The notes: a model not told the origin generated them from the letters alone. A stretch of 34,726 nt of DNA from Macrostomum lignano (GCA_002269645.1 NIVC01004282.1:1-34726); one strand, 5' to 3'. Positions 10,901 through 22,443 are shown, numbered from the stretch's first letter. Translations and numbers: made by a program.

Positions 10901-13900
10901 GTTGCGGCATCCCATCGAAGCAACGCTTTTACGCAAAAACCAACGAATTTGTGCGTCTTTGCACTGTCGAGATTCAAAATGGTATATTACAATCGATTGC
11001 TTAGCACTCACCAGCGCCTGGAGTTGGACACAATGACCGAATTGTCAATGGAGAACGCGTCTCTCGGCAGGCCGGCAATGTTCCAGGCCTGGATCTGCAC
11101 GGGATCACCCAGACAGACGGTCAGGGAGAAATTATCCGAACAGGGAATATTCTTTTCTTTGCACAGCTTCACCCACTCGTTGGTGGTCTGGGACCTGTAG
11201 ATCATGGTGAATGGGCCCAGGTAGGCAATAACACCTGCGGATATGAGCACATCGCCAAGCAGGTTGTCGTAGATGCTCTGCAGGTTCTTGGCCGCCTGAT
11301 CCCAGCGGTCCTTCTCCCCTCCAAGGCCGCCGATGAGCTTCTTGGCTCTGTCCAGCTTCTTGGCGCAGAGATCGACCTCCATCTCTAGGCGCGCCTTCTC
11401 ATTCTGCGCGTCCTCCAGCCGCTGCTTCAGCTGGGCCAGCTTGTCCTGCACGGCGCGCAACTCGCCCTGCTTCTGCGCCAGAATCTCCATGTTGCTCTTC
11501 AGCTCAGACTCGGCCTCGGCCAGCTTGGCCTTCTTCGGGGCCACCACCTTGGCGACGCGATCGTAGACCTCCATGGCGAGGATCCACTTGCACAGACCTT
11601 CAGCTGCGGACGATGCACGTGACACCTTGCTGGGCTCGAACTCGGGATTTGGTATGTACTCCTTGCGGATCTTTGTCATCACCGCGACGGGTATGTTGTC
11701 TTTGTCATACTCTTTCAGATAATTCAGGAAATTCATGTCGTTGATCAGCTTCTTGGACGGGCCCCAGTAATCGAGCACCTTTTTGGGTCCGCCTGCCGGG
11801 TCTTGAATCTTGTCGGGCGGCACCTGGCGCATTACGCACACGGCGGCCATCACGATCTTTACGCCTTCGGGAGGATTCTGCATCGTTTTCACGATGGTGA
11901 TATCACTGGGCTTCAGGGTATTCAGCGCCTCCAGGGCGGCCTCAAGAGCTGGCAGGGCCTCAGCCAGGTCCGCTTCGCATTCATCCTTTAACGCACGCGA
12001 GGAGGCCGCCTTCTCGTTAACCATCGCCTCCTCCTTGGTCACCTTGTCCTCCTGCTCGGCAACTACAACCGATTCGTGCTCGATAACTTTCATAAGCTCA
12101 ATGTTCTCAGCGCTGGCCTGCACCAGCTGCGGCTGCAGAGCCTCCAGCTTCTCCTGCATGTCCTTCACTTGCTCACCAGCGAAGGCCAGCTTGTCCAGAC
12201 CATTGACGTAGCGCCGCTTTTGGCGCATCGTTTCCTCCTGTTTGGCATTGATGAGGCCTCGGAAGCTGAGGATAAGCTCTAAATAGGAGGTGGGCGTCAC
12301 GTATGTCTTACGTCCCATCTCCGTCAAAAACTTTTCTGACAGCAGTCGAATGCTGGTGTGGAAATTCTGCACAATCTTCACCACGTCGGTCCTGTGGTCA
12401 TCCTCCATATCGACTGACTCGAAGGACTTCATGGCCACGCGTTCCAGAGCATCTGGTGGCCAGGGCTGGAACCAGTCAATTGTGCAGCAGTTGATCAGGC
12501 TGGGAAACTTCCGTAGCCGATTCCTGAATGCGTCGCCAATAGGCGAGAAGGCGATCACAATGTGCAGGTTCTCTCGCACCCGATTCACGAAGAATGCGTA
12601 CAGGGCGATTGGAGAGAAGTCGGCGTTCTTGTCGCCAGCTTGGGCAAATGGCCGCACGGTCTCCATGATCTCAACCTTCTCGTCGTTGGGGAAAAGGTTG
12701 GGAATTTCTCCCGTGTTTAGCAGATTGTCAATGTCCTCCAGGAAGGTTTCCTCTTTGATCTGCGTGTCGGCCATCAGGAAGACGGTTTTCTTTCCTTCAG
12801 CACCGGCTTTCTTCATCATCTTCTTGACGTCCTCGCGCCACTCGGTCATGCCGTAATTCTTTGAGATTTCCGGCTGGCAGATGATGTAGCCAGCCATTGA
12901 GGTGGCCAGCCGCGTTAGCGACTGTCTACCAGAGCCGCCGACGCCGACAAGAAGGGCGTGACCTCCTGGCGTCCTGAGGATGCGGCAGATTCTTGATAGA
13001 TGCTCTAGTACGTAGCGGAAGATGACCAGGTGCATCTTGTTCTTTTGAATGTTGTTGTACTCGTCCAGAGCCTGCTCGACAATCGGGTACAAATCGTCAA
13101 TGCTCTTTGCTTCTTCGTACACCCGCTCATCAGGCTCAAGATCCGGGTTCATGAAGTCGCCAAAGATCAACGATCTGACGTCTTCCTCGCTGACTGACCC
13201 CTGCCCGGTACCGCCACCGGCCAGATGCTCAAACACGGACTCGAAGCTGTCCTTGAAGTGGTTCTTTACTGAGTCCTGCAGCAGCTTGAATAGCCATTTC
13301 CTGTCCGTGTCGTCTGTTAGACGATCGTAAAAGACGCGCATCACCTCGTGGCACCACAGGCGAGTGAAGACGCGTTTCTCTGTCACCTGCTCGCGCTTAA
13401 TCAGACAGACACCCAGGATGATTCGGCTGAAGTCGCGCAGGTTGAACACGTAGTGACTCTTAGCCGGCGTTGGCAGGAGATTCTTGATAGCTGCCTTGTA
13501 GACCTCCATGGTCGAGTGCACGATGGTACTGCCGATGGCGAGGAAGTCCGATGTGAAGCCTTGCGTCTTCATGTACGTATTCATCAGAGCTGTGAAAATG
13601 CGAATCATTGTGTCATCGTTAAATGGCGTCATTGAGACGATGTTGAAGTGTCGCATGAAGCGCGGCGTGATGTCGTTGCGGCCGCCACCCGGTGGTCCCA
13701 TGGCGGCGATGAAGTAAACATCCTGAAGGATGATCTTGGAAGTGTCCTTCAAGTCGTACCAGTTGCCGTGGTCAAAGTACTGGCGAAGCAGCTCAATGGG
13801 CGGCTGGGCTCCGTACACCTCCTTCTGCGGCATATTGATGTCGTCAATGAAAATGACAGCCTGCTTGTTGATCGGCGGTCCGAAGATTCCCTTGCGGCGC

Positions 13901-16900
13901 CTGTCCAGCTTTGACATGATGACGGTCTGCGTCTGATTGGCGCTTGTCTGAGCACTGAAATTCACGAAATGAGGCACAAATTTGTCCTTTGACAGCTCGT
14001 TCATCATCTTGTCCTGGACGTAGACGGATTTTCCCGTGCCGGTAGGGCCGACAAACATAAGCGGCCGTGATTTCTCAATGCAGAGATCCATGATGAACTT
14101 GTAGCGTGCGGTGTCCATGGTGGGCACCAGGATCTCGCGGATCTTCTTGCCGGCAAACAGATCCGCGCCGCGAATCAGATCGTTCCAGTGGCGCCACTGG
14201 CCTCTGGCCTTGGTCTGCAATGGCAACAAAGGCAGTGCTTGCTCTACTTCCGACTAAGTCAGATTTCTGCTGCTGACCCTATGAAAATGCGTGTGAATTC
14301 TTGAAATAAAGCATTTTCATAAAAAAGATAAAAAAATCTTTCCTCTTTGTGACTGGCTGAAAAAACACATTTATATGAAATTTGACACAAATAAAATCGT
14401 GATTCTAGCCACTGTGACTGTGCCACTTTGGTCATGACAATTAACTTACAACAAGGTTGAGCCTATTAAACTGGAAGTTTGCACATGATAGAAGAAATTG
14501 TTTGTTAGCTTGCGTTATGCTTTGTTAGACAGACTGGCAGAATTGAAGCTTAGTTGTAGCAAGTGCATACCTCGTACATGTAGTCATAGACCATTCCATT
14601 TTCTGGGAACACGGTCTCAATCTTGCCTATCTCCTTTGGTATCGGGTTAGCCTCATTGCGACCACTGATGAGTTCGCGGAAGAACTTGTCGAATTTTTCT
14701 CGACTGTCGACGTCCAGAATGCCGCCGATGGACCACGGGATGGCAAAGAGCCAGGCAGCTACAATCCACGTCTTCAGGTGCTTGTTGTCCTTGGCGTTCT
14801 CGGCGTTGACGTGCTCGTCCATGAGCATGTCGATGAAGAACATGCATGACCGCACCAGATTAGTCTGGCTGCTGTTGATGTACTCTCGGCAGCTCTTGCG
14901 CACAAAGTCCAGGCAAGGATCAATGGCCCACTCCATGAGGTGCGACATCACTTCTTGGCTGCCGTCCTTGATCAGCACCTCGGGGAAGCTTTCGATCCAG
15001 GACTTGACCAACGGGCGCCAGCCCAGAGTGCTGGGCTCGAGGTAAATCATGCCACACCGGCTGACAGTGGCCGGGGACGCCTGCGACAGGTCCATGGTCT
15101 CGAAGATGAGACTCATGACCTTGCTCATCTGGATGATTTCTCCAGACATCAGACACAGCTTCTTGTTGTCGTCTGCAATTAAACAAAAATATTGACAGTG
15201 CCGTTGAATATTTCACATTTTATTGATAAATTGTGCTATCTATTTAATCCAAGCTCACCCAGAACAGTGTTCATGGACTCAATCCACAGCGTATCGATGG
15301 GCCCATCGAAAATGACCCACTTCCGGTCGGGTGTGTCGTTAGAAGCGAATTCTCGGAACGTGTTGGCTGTGATACCGTCGGTCCACTCGTGCGACACCGG
15401 GTCGAACTGGCCAAACAGCTGGCCCATTGTGATGGCTTTGGGATTGATGGTCCGGTACATGACCTTCTCGTAGTCTTCCGAGTAGCCGGCCTCGTTCAAA
15501 TTGGTCATCGTCTCGGCCAGAACATGAAGCACACTCGTCTTTCCACCGAACGGTTCGCCCACCAGCATGAAGCTAAAATAGGAAAGCATTTATTGTGTAC
15601 TGTTTGCTCATACGATAAACAATCAGCAAAAGCATTCACTCGGCAACTCACCCGTGACGTACGATCATCATTTCGTAGGTCTGGATGATTTTCTCGGTAA
15701 AGAAGTCAACACTCTGCAGTTTGTGAGCCTCGCATACGCGACGAATTTCGTCGAGGAAGATCCTGTAGTCCGCTTCGGGCCTCTTAACTCCCGGAAACAA
15801 GTCGCTGATGATGCCCTCAAACAGTGGAATATCGTGCGACAAGAATTTTGGCAAGTTCACATCCAGGATGGAGCGTAGCAGCAGGATGTTCTCATCGTCA
15901 TCTGGAAACTTCAGCTTGAGATTTCCGGCAGCTGAGAGCACAGCCTTGACGGCACGCATTCCGTAGTCGTAGTGGCTCTGCGAACTGAGCAGCTCGGAGC
16001 TCAGTCGGTAAGTGGTAACAATCTTCACGGCCAGGTTTCGAGCGTCCATGAAGCCGAACGAGTAAAGAGAGATCTCTCCGATCATGGCATAGTCTGGCAC
16101 CATCATAGCCACCGGCCGGAACAGCACCTTCAGGTTGTCGGGCAGCTCGGAGCGGCCGGCATATCCGGGGTTCATGGTGATGCACACGTAGCAGTTGGGG
16201 TTGAGCTTGAGCAGGGTGCCCTCGAAGTCGAACTCAGAGGCTTTGCTTCGCACGGCGATGATGATGCTGAGAATCTGCTGCGCCACCACAGACAATACTT
16301 CGAGCTCGATTCGATTGAACTCGTCGAAGCAGGCCCAGGCGCCGCTGGATGCCAGGCCCTTGAAGAACTTCCCCATGGCAATGTAGTCCAGGCCGTCCGA
16401 GCAGTTAAAAACAACACACTGTACAGCCAGAGCCTTCGCCAAATCCTTTGTTGTTTCCGTCTTGCCCGTACCGGCTGGACCCTCGGGAGCGCCATTCAAA
16501 TTGAGGTGGTACGCGCCGATCAGAGTGCGATAGCACCTGTCCGTAAGCGGCGTGATGACAAGACGCGGCGAGTTGCCCAGGTACTCGTAGGCGTACCGAA
16601 CTTTGGCGTTGGTCAGGCGGATGAACACGTTCTCGTCCTCCCAGTAGTAGCGCATCTGCGCCAGCCAATTGAAGTCGTTTTCATCGGACACGCCCTTCTT
16701 CACCATGTCTTCCACCACGTCCCGGGAGTGCACATCGATAACGACCAGCGCACCCAGAGTGATGCGCTGCTGCGCGTTCAGCTTGCCACGAACCAGCACA
16801 ACGATGTCAGATAGCTGGTCGGACAGCTTCTTGTAGTAGTCCTTAAGACCCTGGACACCGGCGCTTAGCGAGTCGTGCACCTCGGCTGTCCAGTAGATCT

Positions 16901-19900
16901 GGGAGACACACAGGACTACCTGTCCAGGCCAGTCACAGACCCACTTCTTTCGGGCCTCAATAGCATAGGCCTATAAAGAGAAAACGGTTGAGGTGACCTT
17001 GCAGTTAATGAAGATTGATTAATCAGCGCACACAAAAACATTTTATGGTTTGCATGCGAAGGGAAGGAGATATGTGATTTTCAATACTGTTATTGATTGA
17101 GTCATTTAACCGACAAAATTATTAGTACGAGTAGAATTTCGTGATTAAAAACAAAAATAGACAGTGACTTGACAATTGATACACTGGGAAACATTTTGGC
17201 GTCTCGGGATGGCACTGGTCAAACATTCAATTTCAAACTTCAGTTCACCAACAACTGAACAAAAACAAGCACGACAAATTGAGAAATTACATGCGTCGTG
17301 TCCGCTGACAAGAGCGACGGATATTTCTGAAACGTTGGCATTCAGTGCGACAATAACTGCATCTCATCGTATTGTATAAAAAGTACCGATCGAACTGTAC
17401 ATCGTGACAGCCTAATAGTTTACCATGCTTAGTGACATATATCGGACGCAACGAATTAAATTTACTCGTACTAGCAAATATGACCAGAGAAAATGCTTAA
17501 GCTATTGATGCTATTGTGTGCCCAATAAAATTAAATAAACAATTTTAAAGCTTAGAAACGTATCAGCTCATCGGCGGGACTAGACGCAAACATGATGTTG
17601 TTGATTCGTTTGTCACACAAGTCCTAAAAACGATTTTACGATGGTTGAGTTGTTGCCGCTCTGACGGAATCTATTATACGAGAATGATCAAACGCTACGA
17701 ATGGAACGGAGATTTGCTCAATTTTTTGTTTAAATAAACTCTAAAAATGGATTAGCTGAGGGAGAGAGAAACAGGACTTACGTCGTAGGACGCAGCGATA
17801 ACATCGCGCATGGACATCAACATGACGTCCTGCACCTGAAGGAGCCACTTTTCAACCGCTCCTCGCGCCTCAGACGTGCTGATGGTCTGGCTAAACTTGA
17901 TCTTCTCTCCTTCGCTCGAATACATCCCGTGAATGTCCAGCGCACTATCGAACTCCAACTTCGCGATGCCCTCAAAGCACTTCTTAAGATGCGGCTGGAC
18001 GCGCAGCGGGTCCTTTGTCTCGGACAGAATCTCCAGCATCTCATCGTTCGACAGGAAGAAAAATCGAGGGAAGAAAAGACGCTTCTTTTCCAGGTAGGAG
18101 TTCAGACCCTTCTGGATCTTGTCCAGCAGATCGTTGGAGTCTTTCAGTTTCTCCAGGAGGCCGGGCATGTCGGTGGCCTTCAGCAGCTTGGGGTCCTTGG
18201 CAGTGTTCTTCATGATGTCGCGCCAGTTGCGATCCACAGTTTGGAACAGGCGGCCCTGTTCCGGCATCTGCTGCATGATGTCCTCAGAGCTGAAGATCGG
18301 CTCTAGGTACAGCCAGTTCGCCTGCACCTTCAGCCACTCGTCGATGGTCTCCTGAATGCGCAGCAGGCGCTCTTCCCACTCTCGGATTTCCTTTTCAAAT
18401 GGCCGGATGAACGGCGAGCCACGCATCGTCTGCGTGCGCATGATCTGGTCGTCGAGCTGGGTTTGAATATCGTCAACACTGGACAGAATGTTGATGCCGG
18501 TCTCGCGGTAGGGGATCAGGGAGAAGCTGATTGGCTCCCAGTCTTCGATCATCTTCTTCATGCCTGAAATGCCGGTATGTGGAATGCGTGTAATAACCAC
18601 GAACTAGAAATTTGATAGAAGCCAAATCTGAACTCACCCTTCTCAAGGCTGTGCTCTTTTGTAGCGGCAGCGGATATCTGGCCGAACTCCTCCATGAAGG
18701 CGTCCAGCTTGAGCCCGAGCACCTTGATTAAAGTTGTTCCAGAATCCGGGGTGATGTCGAATCCGCAGATGCTGGACATTTTTTCCCAGTGACGCTGCCG
18801 GATGCCCGGGTTGCACAGAATTTCGATGACGTTGATCTTCTCCTTGAACTCGCGGATCTTCTCCGTTAGAGTGTTGCAAATGTCCAGTGCAGCGGGCGGC
18901 TTAACTTCCTCTTCATCATCTTTTTCCTCCTCGCCACCCTCACCTTGAGTGTCTTCCTCCAGCTTCTTTCTCTTCTTCTTCTCGCGCTCCCGCTCTTCCT
19001 TTTCGGCCTGCATCTTCTTCAGCCGGTTGTTGAACACCTTGGAGACGCGGAAAATTTCGCGGCTAATTTCATCCACCTCTTCGGCAATGCGCTCGGCATC
19101 CAGGGCGAGGAATTCACCTTTCAGCCACCTGAAGAGAGAGATAAAACATTACGCTAAAGTATTTCCATGGTTCGATAAACACTATTTCATGCACTTACTG
19201 GTTCTCCTTATTCAAGTATCGGAATGTGTTCTTAAAGATGCTAAGGAACGGCTGCATCAGGTTAGTCAAGTCGTCGATATCTGGGAATGGCGTCACCGGG
19301 TACTTGTACAGCTGCTCCTCCTTGTTGATCCACTCGGAGTCGGCCCGAGCGGTGTCCAGGCGCTGCTGAACTTTGTTGACGTCCTGCACGTACTGGCTCA
19401 TGATCTCGAGATCCATCTCGCCGTAGTCGTTGAATTCATCCACTCGGTTGCGGATGCGCTGCAACTCGGCAATTAGCTTCTCCTTGCGCTCAATCAGAAG
19501 CTTCTCACCTTGAGTCTTGGACTCCTCTTGCAGCTGGAAGAGTTATTTGATTGAAGCAAAGTAACTCAATGCGTACTTTAATTTATCATATTCAGCAGCT
19601 ACTTACCGTCTCGTTTTCATCGAAGATTGGCGAGATCCTCTTCGGCCAAGTCAGGACTTCACTGTTCAGCTGGAGATCGTCGTCGTTGAAGATCCAGACG
19701 TCCAGCAAGTACTGCAGGCGGTTTTGTGATTCCTTGATCTTCTCATTCAGCGTCACCATGCCAGTGCTACGAGCTTGCTCCATAAATTTAATCATCTCCA
19801 TGAGCTCCTCGCTGGTCTCCGGTTTCTTCTGAGCTCTGGCCTTGACGTAGTCGAACTGCTGGCAGATTTTTGTGTTCTCAGCACGGTGGTCACGCACCAC

Positions 19901-22140
19901 CCGCTCCAGCAGGCGGTCGGCGTAGCCCTGAGCCACTTCGGCGAGGCCGTTCTTCAGCTCCTCGACGTTCAGCCGGATGAGATCGTAGAACTCTATGGTT
20001 GGATTACGCCGAATGGCGTACGAGATGGCGCGATACTCTTCGATCAGCTCGCAGTACTCGGCGAACGTGTGTTCCTCGGTTAGGAACTTCTCTACTCGAG
20101 AGTTGGCCGTACCGTCGACCAGGTAATCGTACCGCTCGTGGTACGACCTGAGGCTGTTCTCTACGCTTTCAAAGTAGCGCGCAGCAGCGGATTTTAGTTT
20201 GGCTTTGGCCAACTGCACGATGTGCTCCGCCAGCTCCGTCGGGACGTTCACATTCGGCGTGGCTGACAGCTGCGAGCTCACTGTGGGAATCGAGCTTAGG
20301 CTCTTGTTCACCTCATCTACAACCGAGAGTAGGAGGTCCTCGTACACCGCGTACTCTGGATCGACGCTCATTTGGCGATCTTGGAAGGACAGGAACATGT
20401 TGAGCTGCGGCAGCCTGAAGCGCTGCTCCTCATCAAAGAGGAGAACCCACGCATTGACGGTTTCCTCTTTGAGCAGCTTGAGCTGGTTTGACATGAGAGT
20501 GGTTACGCAGCTGTAGAACGGCTCCTGAAGGTCCACACGAAGCACTGAAGTTGTGCGTTCAGAGAAGATCTTCATCACCTCCCGGTACCAGTGGCCGAGT
20601 AATCGCTCTTCCATCTTTTCGCATTCGTAGGTAACATTTGTGCGCAATGTCTCAAACTCCATGGGGCTTTCGGCCTTGTACTCAGCCAAGTCCAGAATTA
20701 TCTGCTGGCCGAGCTCACGCTGGCACAGCTCCAGCAGCTTTGGCATTTGTGGATACAGAATCATCAGCCGGTAAGAAATTTCTCGCTTATTCGCTACGAA
20801 ACTCTCGTGCCACTCCTTTGAGAAATCGAGTCCTCTGAAAATTTTATTGAGTTCGAAATCGCTTACTTAAATTTTAGGCTTCTAGGCTAGGCTTACTTAA
20901 ATTCTCTCAGTGATCAGTTAAATTAAAGTTGATGACCTACACTGGTTCCTCTGACGGTTCCACTAGATCATCGTCCTCCAGGCCAGGGACATCAGGCTTC
21001 TTCAGAGACAGTTGAACTAAAATCGATGTTTCAGCTCGTAAAATTAGATAATCTGCATTGAAAGCAACCCCTTTCAAGCGGGTTTTAGTTTAAAAATTTT
21101 GAATTACTCACCAAGAGATTTCTTCATGCTTGTGTCAAAGTTCTGATTTACTTCAGCCAGCACTTCGTTCAGAAAATCGTCCTTGCCTTCGCGAAGATGT
21201 TCGGCAATCTTGTGCTTTATGTTGACCAGCCATTCCGGCGACATGGGCGGAATCGGGCTGCTTTCAACGCACTTTCGTAGGAATTCGTAGTTTAATCGCA
21301 CTTTTCTGTCATCGCTCATCATCTGAAAAGTAGTTTTTTGCCTAGCTAAAGTTCTATAAGCAAGACAAGTATTTGCAGAGATTGAAAATCATCTCAAGCC
21401 AAAATAAAACACAGTGGAAAGGCGCACCTCCTGTGGATACTCCGGCGGAGTTGGTTTCGACAGATCTTTGTTGTCATACTTCATTTCGTGCTGTGTTTTC
21501 AGCGCCCTCTCGATTCTAATTAAAAATGAGATTAGAGTTAAAATATAATTTTTCAGATATGAAATTTAGATACCCCAAAATGTTTGAGTATAAATTTTTG
21601 ATACTTAACAATAAATTACTGCAAATTGCGTTCAGAGAAAGAATGTTGCAGTATGTACAAAATATACCCTGTTAATATAGAGTAAATTCACAGTTTTAGA
21701 ATCTAATATTTTTGGTGAAATCCAACGTACCATTATTAAGGCCACATCCAATGTTTTAGGTTGCAAGTAAAATACAACTTATAACCAATTAAGCATATAT
21801 ATAGATGTCTAAGTTTCTAAATACATATATGTAAATTTGATAGTTAGATAAATAGTGCAAAATTGAAATGCAGATCAACGATCTAAACAGAAAAGGATCA
21901 AAGTATCGATTAAACACTAAAATTTATCAACTGGGGCAGCAAAAGTCAAGCTTTAACCACCAAATAATGTCACTTACAAGAACTGTTGCAACTGATCTCT
22001 TTTCTTGTCGGCCAGGCGGTAGTTATGCAAATTAAGAGCGGCGAATTCACCCTCTTCAACTCCGGATTTGCTTTTCACATCATGCTTTCCATTAGATCGT
22101 TTCTCCCCCGCGATTGGGGGAGTTTTTCGTTGCTGCTCAT
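1694..22140 (-). CDS. DNAH12: Axonemal inner-arm dynein heavy chain 12 orthologue; 20 coding exons, 11,940 nt assembled (+3 missing bases, about 3,980 aa)
   Basis: All 19 introns are GT-AG with consistent phases. P-loops: GPAGTGKT (AAA1), GEPFGGKT (AAA2), GPTGTGKS (AAA3), GVGGSGRQS (AAA4). Stalk/MTBD, AAA5, AAA6 and the C-terminus [15 protein letters not shown] are present. The N-terminal tail ([40 protein letters not shown]) matches recalled DNAH12 rather than DNAH3/7. Confidence 0.93.
1972..2885. repeat. 38-bp minisatellite, about 24 copies, with 5-7-mer higher-order pattern (dynein intron 19)
   Basis: Unit gggaccatagacagtgtaaaaagctagagtgagggatc and gctggactgagggatc variant; unit starts at 1977 and 2015. 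Confidence 0.95.
3563..5351 (-). CDS. DNAH12: Dynein exon 19 (AAA6, lid, C-terminal domain); contains two -1 frameshifts
   Basis: ttccag|G CAA CAC ... GAC AG|gtgagt. Motifs [24 protein letters not shown] and [10 protein letters not shown]. Frame breaks near 4190 and 3682-3684. Confidence 0.93.
5471..5767. repeat. 33-bp minisatellite, 9 identical copies (dynein intron 18)
   Basis: Unit cacctgtttccagctatacctgagtgatcagca; starts at 5471 and 5504. Confidence 0.97.
5807..5965 (-). CDS. DNAH12: Dynein exon 18
   Basis: tgcag|T GCT CGA ... TTC AG|gtgaga; [22 protein letters not shown]...LPAFKGF. Confidence 0.93.
6498..6638 (-). CDS. DNAH12: Dynein exon 17b: duplicated, candidate mutually exclusive exon
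   Basis: tttcag|T AAC AAG ... ATG TC|gtaagt; 141 bp; [46 protein letters not shown]; same length and phases as 17a. Confidence 0.88.
6908..7048 (-). CDS. DNAH12: Dynein exon 17a
   Basis: tttcag|C AAC AAG ... GTG AT|gtgaga; 141 bp; [46 protein letters not shown]. Confidence 0.92.
7452..7624 (-). CDS. DNAH12: Dynein exon 16 (buttress CC2, AAA5 small domain)
   Basis: tttag|GTG GCA GAG ... GAA AG|gtgaga; [20 protein letters not shown]. Confidence 0.94.
7905..8097 (-). CDS. DNAH12: Dynein exon 15 (buttress/strut)
   Basis: gctag|G CCG GAC ... CAG AAG|gtgagg; PDLEEER...[16 protein letters not shown]. Confidence 0.94.
8206..8398 (-). CDS. DNAH12: Dynein exon 14 (AAA5)
   Basis: tctag|GT GGA GTC ... 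GAG AA|gtgagt; [27 protein letters not shown]. Confidence 0.95.
8659..8848. repeat. 34-bp minisatellite, about 5.5 copies (dynein intron 13)
   Basis: Unit gccctctatc(t/c)cgatccctcagctcggtgacaca. Confidence 0.92.
8911..9047 (-). promoter_or_regulatory. RBFOX-type intronic splicing enhancer cluster (3 UGCAUG + 2 GCAUG)
   Basis: Plus-strand catgca at 8911, 8955 and 8966 and catgc at 8933 and 9043, i.e. (U)GCAUG on the pre-mRNA just downstream of the candidate cassette exon. Confidence 0.55.
9056..9127 (-). CDS. DNAH12: Candidate 72-bp in-frame cassette exon in dynein AAA5
   Basis: tattag|AC GAA TCT ... CTC G|gtgagc; phase 1/1 like intron 13; branch-like gctaat upstream; gives [25 protein letters not shown]. 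Weak polypyrimidine tract. Confidence 0.55.
9716..9933 (-). CDS. DNAH12: Dynein exon 13 (AAA5)
   Basis: tttag|G CCG CTC ... CAG A|gtgagt; [15 protein letters not shown]...LLKQTFKQ. Confidence 0.95.
10015..10918. repeat. 30-bp G-rich minisatellite, about 30 copies (dynein intron 12)
   Basis: Unit gatggactgggggagttgcgg(a/c)atcccatc, containing the palindrome ccatcgatgg. Confidence 0.97.
11012..14214 (-). CDS. DNAH12: Dynein exon 12 (AAA3, AAA4, stalk/MTBD, start of AAA5), 3,203 bp
   Basis: tgcag|ACC AAG ... CGC TG|gtgagt; [25 protein letters not shown]. Confidence 0.97.
14571..15172 (-). CDS. DNAH12: Dynein exon 11 (AAA2 C-terminal part)
   Basis: tgcag|AC GAC AAC ... TAC GAG|gtatgc; [24 protein letters not shown]. 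Confidence 0.95.
15259..15572 (-). CDS. DNAH12: Dynein exon 10 (AAA2 P-loop)
   Basis: tttag|C TTC ATG ... CTG G|gtgagc; [25 protein letters not shown]. Confidence 0.95.
15652..16970 (-). CDS. DNAH12: Dynein exon 9 (AAA1)
   Basis: tatag|GCC TAT ... CAC GG|gtgagt; [38 protein letters not shown]. Confidence 0.97.
17782..18563 (-). CDS. DNAH12: Dynein exon 8 (linker)
   Basis: ttcag|GC ATG AAG ... TAC GAC|gtaagt; [25 protein letters not shown]. Confidence 0.96.
18638..19128 (-). CDS. DNAH12: Dynein exon 7
   Basis: ttcag|G TGG CTG ... AAG G|gtgagt; [19 protein letters not shown]. Confidence 0.95.
19199..19533 (-). CDS. DNAH12: Dynein exon 6
   Basis: tccag|CTG CAA ... AAC CA|gtaagt; [11 protein letters not shown]. 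Confidence 0.93.
19607..20834 (-). CDS. DNAH12: Dynein exon 5 (tail)
   Basis: ttcag|A GGA CTC GAT ... GAG ACG|gtaagt. Confidence 0.93.
20941..21016 (-). CDS. DNAH12: Dynein exon 4
   Basis: tttag|TT CAA CTG ... CCA GT|gtaggt; [24 protein letters not shown]. Confidence 0.85.
21112..21322 (-). CDS. DNAH12: Dynein exon 3
   Basis: ttcag|ATG ATG AGC ... CTT G|gtgagt; [17 protein letters not shown]. Confidence 0.92.
21428..21515 (-). CDS. DNAH12: Dynein exon 2
   Basis: attag|A ATC GAG ... CAG GAG|gtgcgc; PTPPEYPQE. Confidence 0.85.
21978..22140 (-). CDS. DNAH12: Dynein exon 1 (ATG in GCC-ATG context; one -1 frameshift in G5 at 22116-22120)
   Basis: MSSNEKLP(P)IAGEK...[16 protein letters not shown] after restoring one C; donor TT|gtaagt. 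Confidence 0.7.
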
Positions 22141-22443
22141 GGCACCATATACAAAAATCCAAGAAAAAAGACTGTAATGTAAATTCTTACAGTTCTAAAT
22201 GTTACTAAAATCTCACAAAAAATTGAAATTAAATTTACTTCGTGCTCGCTAGCTACGACTAAGTTATAACAAATTTTTGACATTTGTTCTTAGTTTATCG
22301 TGTTATGTATAACTTTTCGCGCAAAAAAATATTTATAATTTTTTTAAAACAAAATAATAAACCTCAAAATTTTCGTTTGTTTATGAATTTATAACGCACA
22401 ACCACGCCGCTGCGTTGTCGAATAACATTCAAAGCATGTGAGT
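22141..22443. promoter_or_regulatory. Bidirectional promoter region with candidate RFX X-box GTTGTC-G-AATAAC (22414-22426)
   Basis: Short interval between the dynein ATG and a plus-strand donor gtgagt (22438); local CpG cluster at 22394-22420; minus-strand acceptor cattacag near 22172. Confidence 0.45.

Noticed and set aside
9955-11200. PQLPQSIDG / DGLGELRNP / WGSCGIPSM repeat ORFs
   Set aside because: Artefact of a stop-free 30-bp unit, divisible by 3, in intron 12.
17160-17720. Moderately GC-rich blocks in intron 8 (possible exon or snoRNA)
   Set aside because: No dynein-like translation with matching phases and no convincing C/D or H/ACA boxes.
18880-19010. K/E-rich low-complexity stretch in exon 7
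   Set aside because: A charged segment at this position is recalled in vertebrate DNAH12 too; not novel.
3487-20838. Many plus-strand and off-frame ORFs overlapping dynein exons
   Set aside because: Shadow ORFs expected from GC3-rich codon usage.
20866-20880. 15-nt microexon suggested by duplicated gtaagc donors in intron 4
   Set aside because: The downstream intron would be only about 31 nt, too short.
3682-22120. Programmed frameshifting or true pseudogene status for the dynein
   Set aside because: No slippery heptamer context, no in-frame stops elsewhere and intact splice sites; sequencing indels are more parsimonious.
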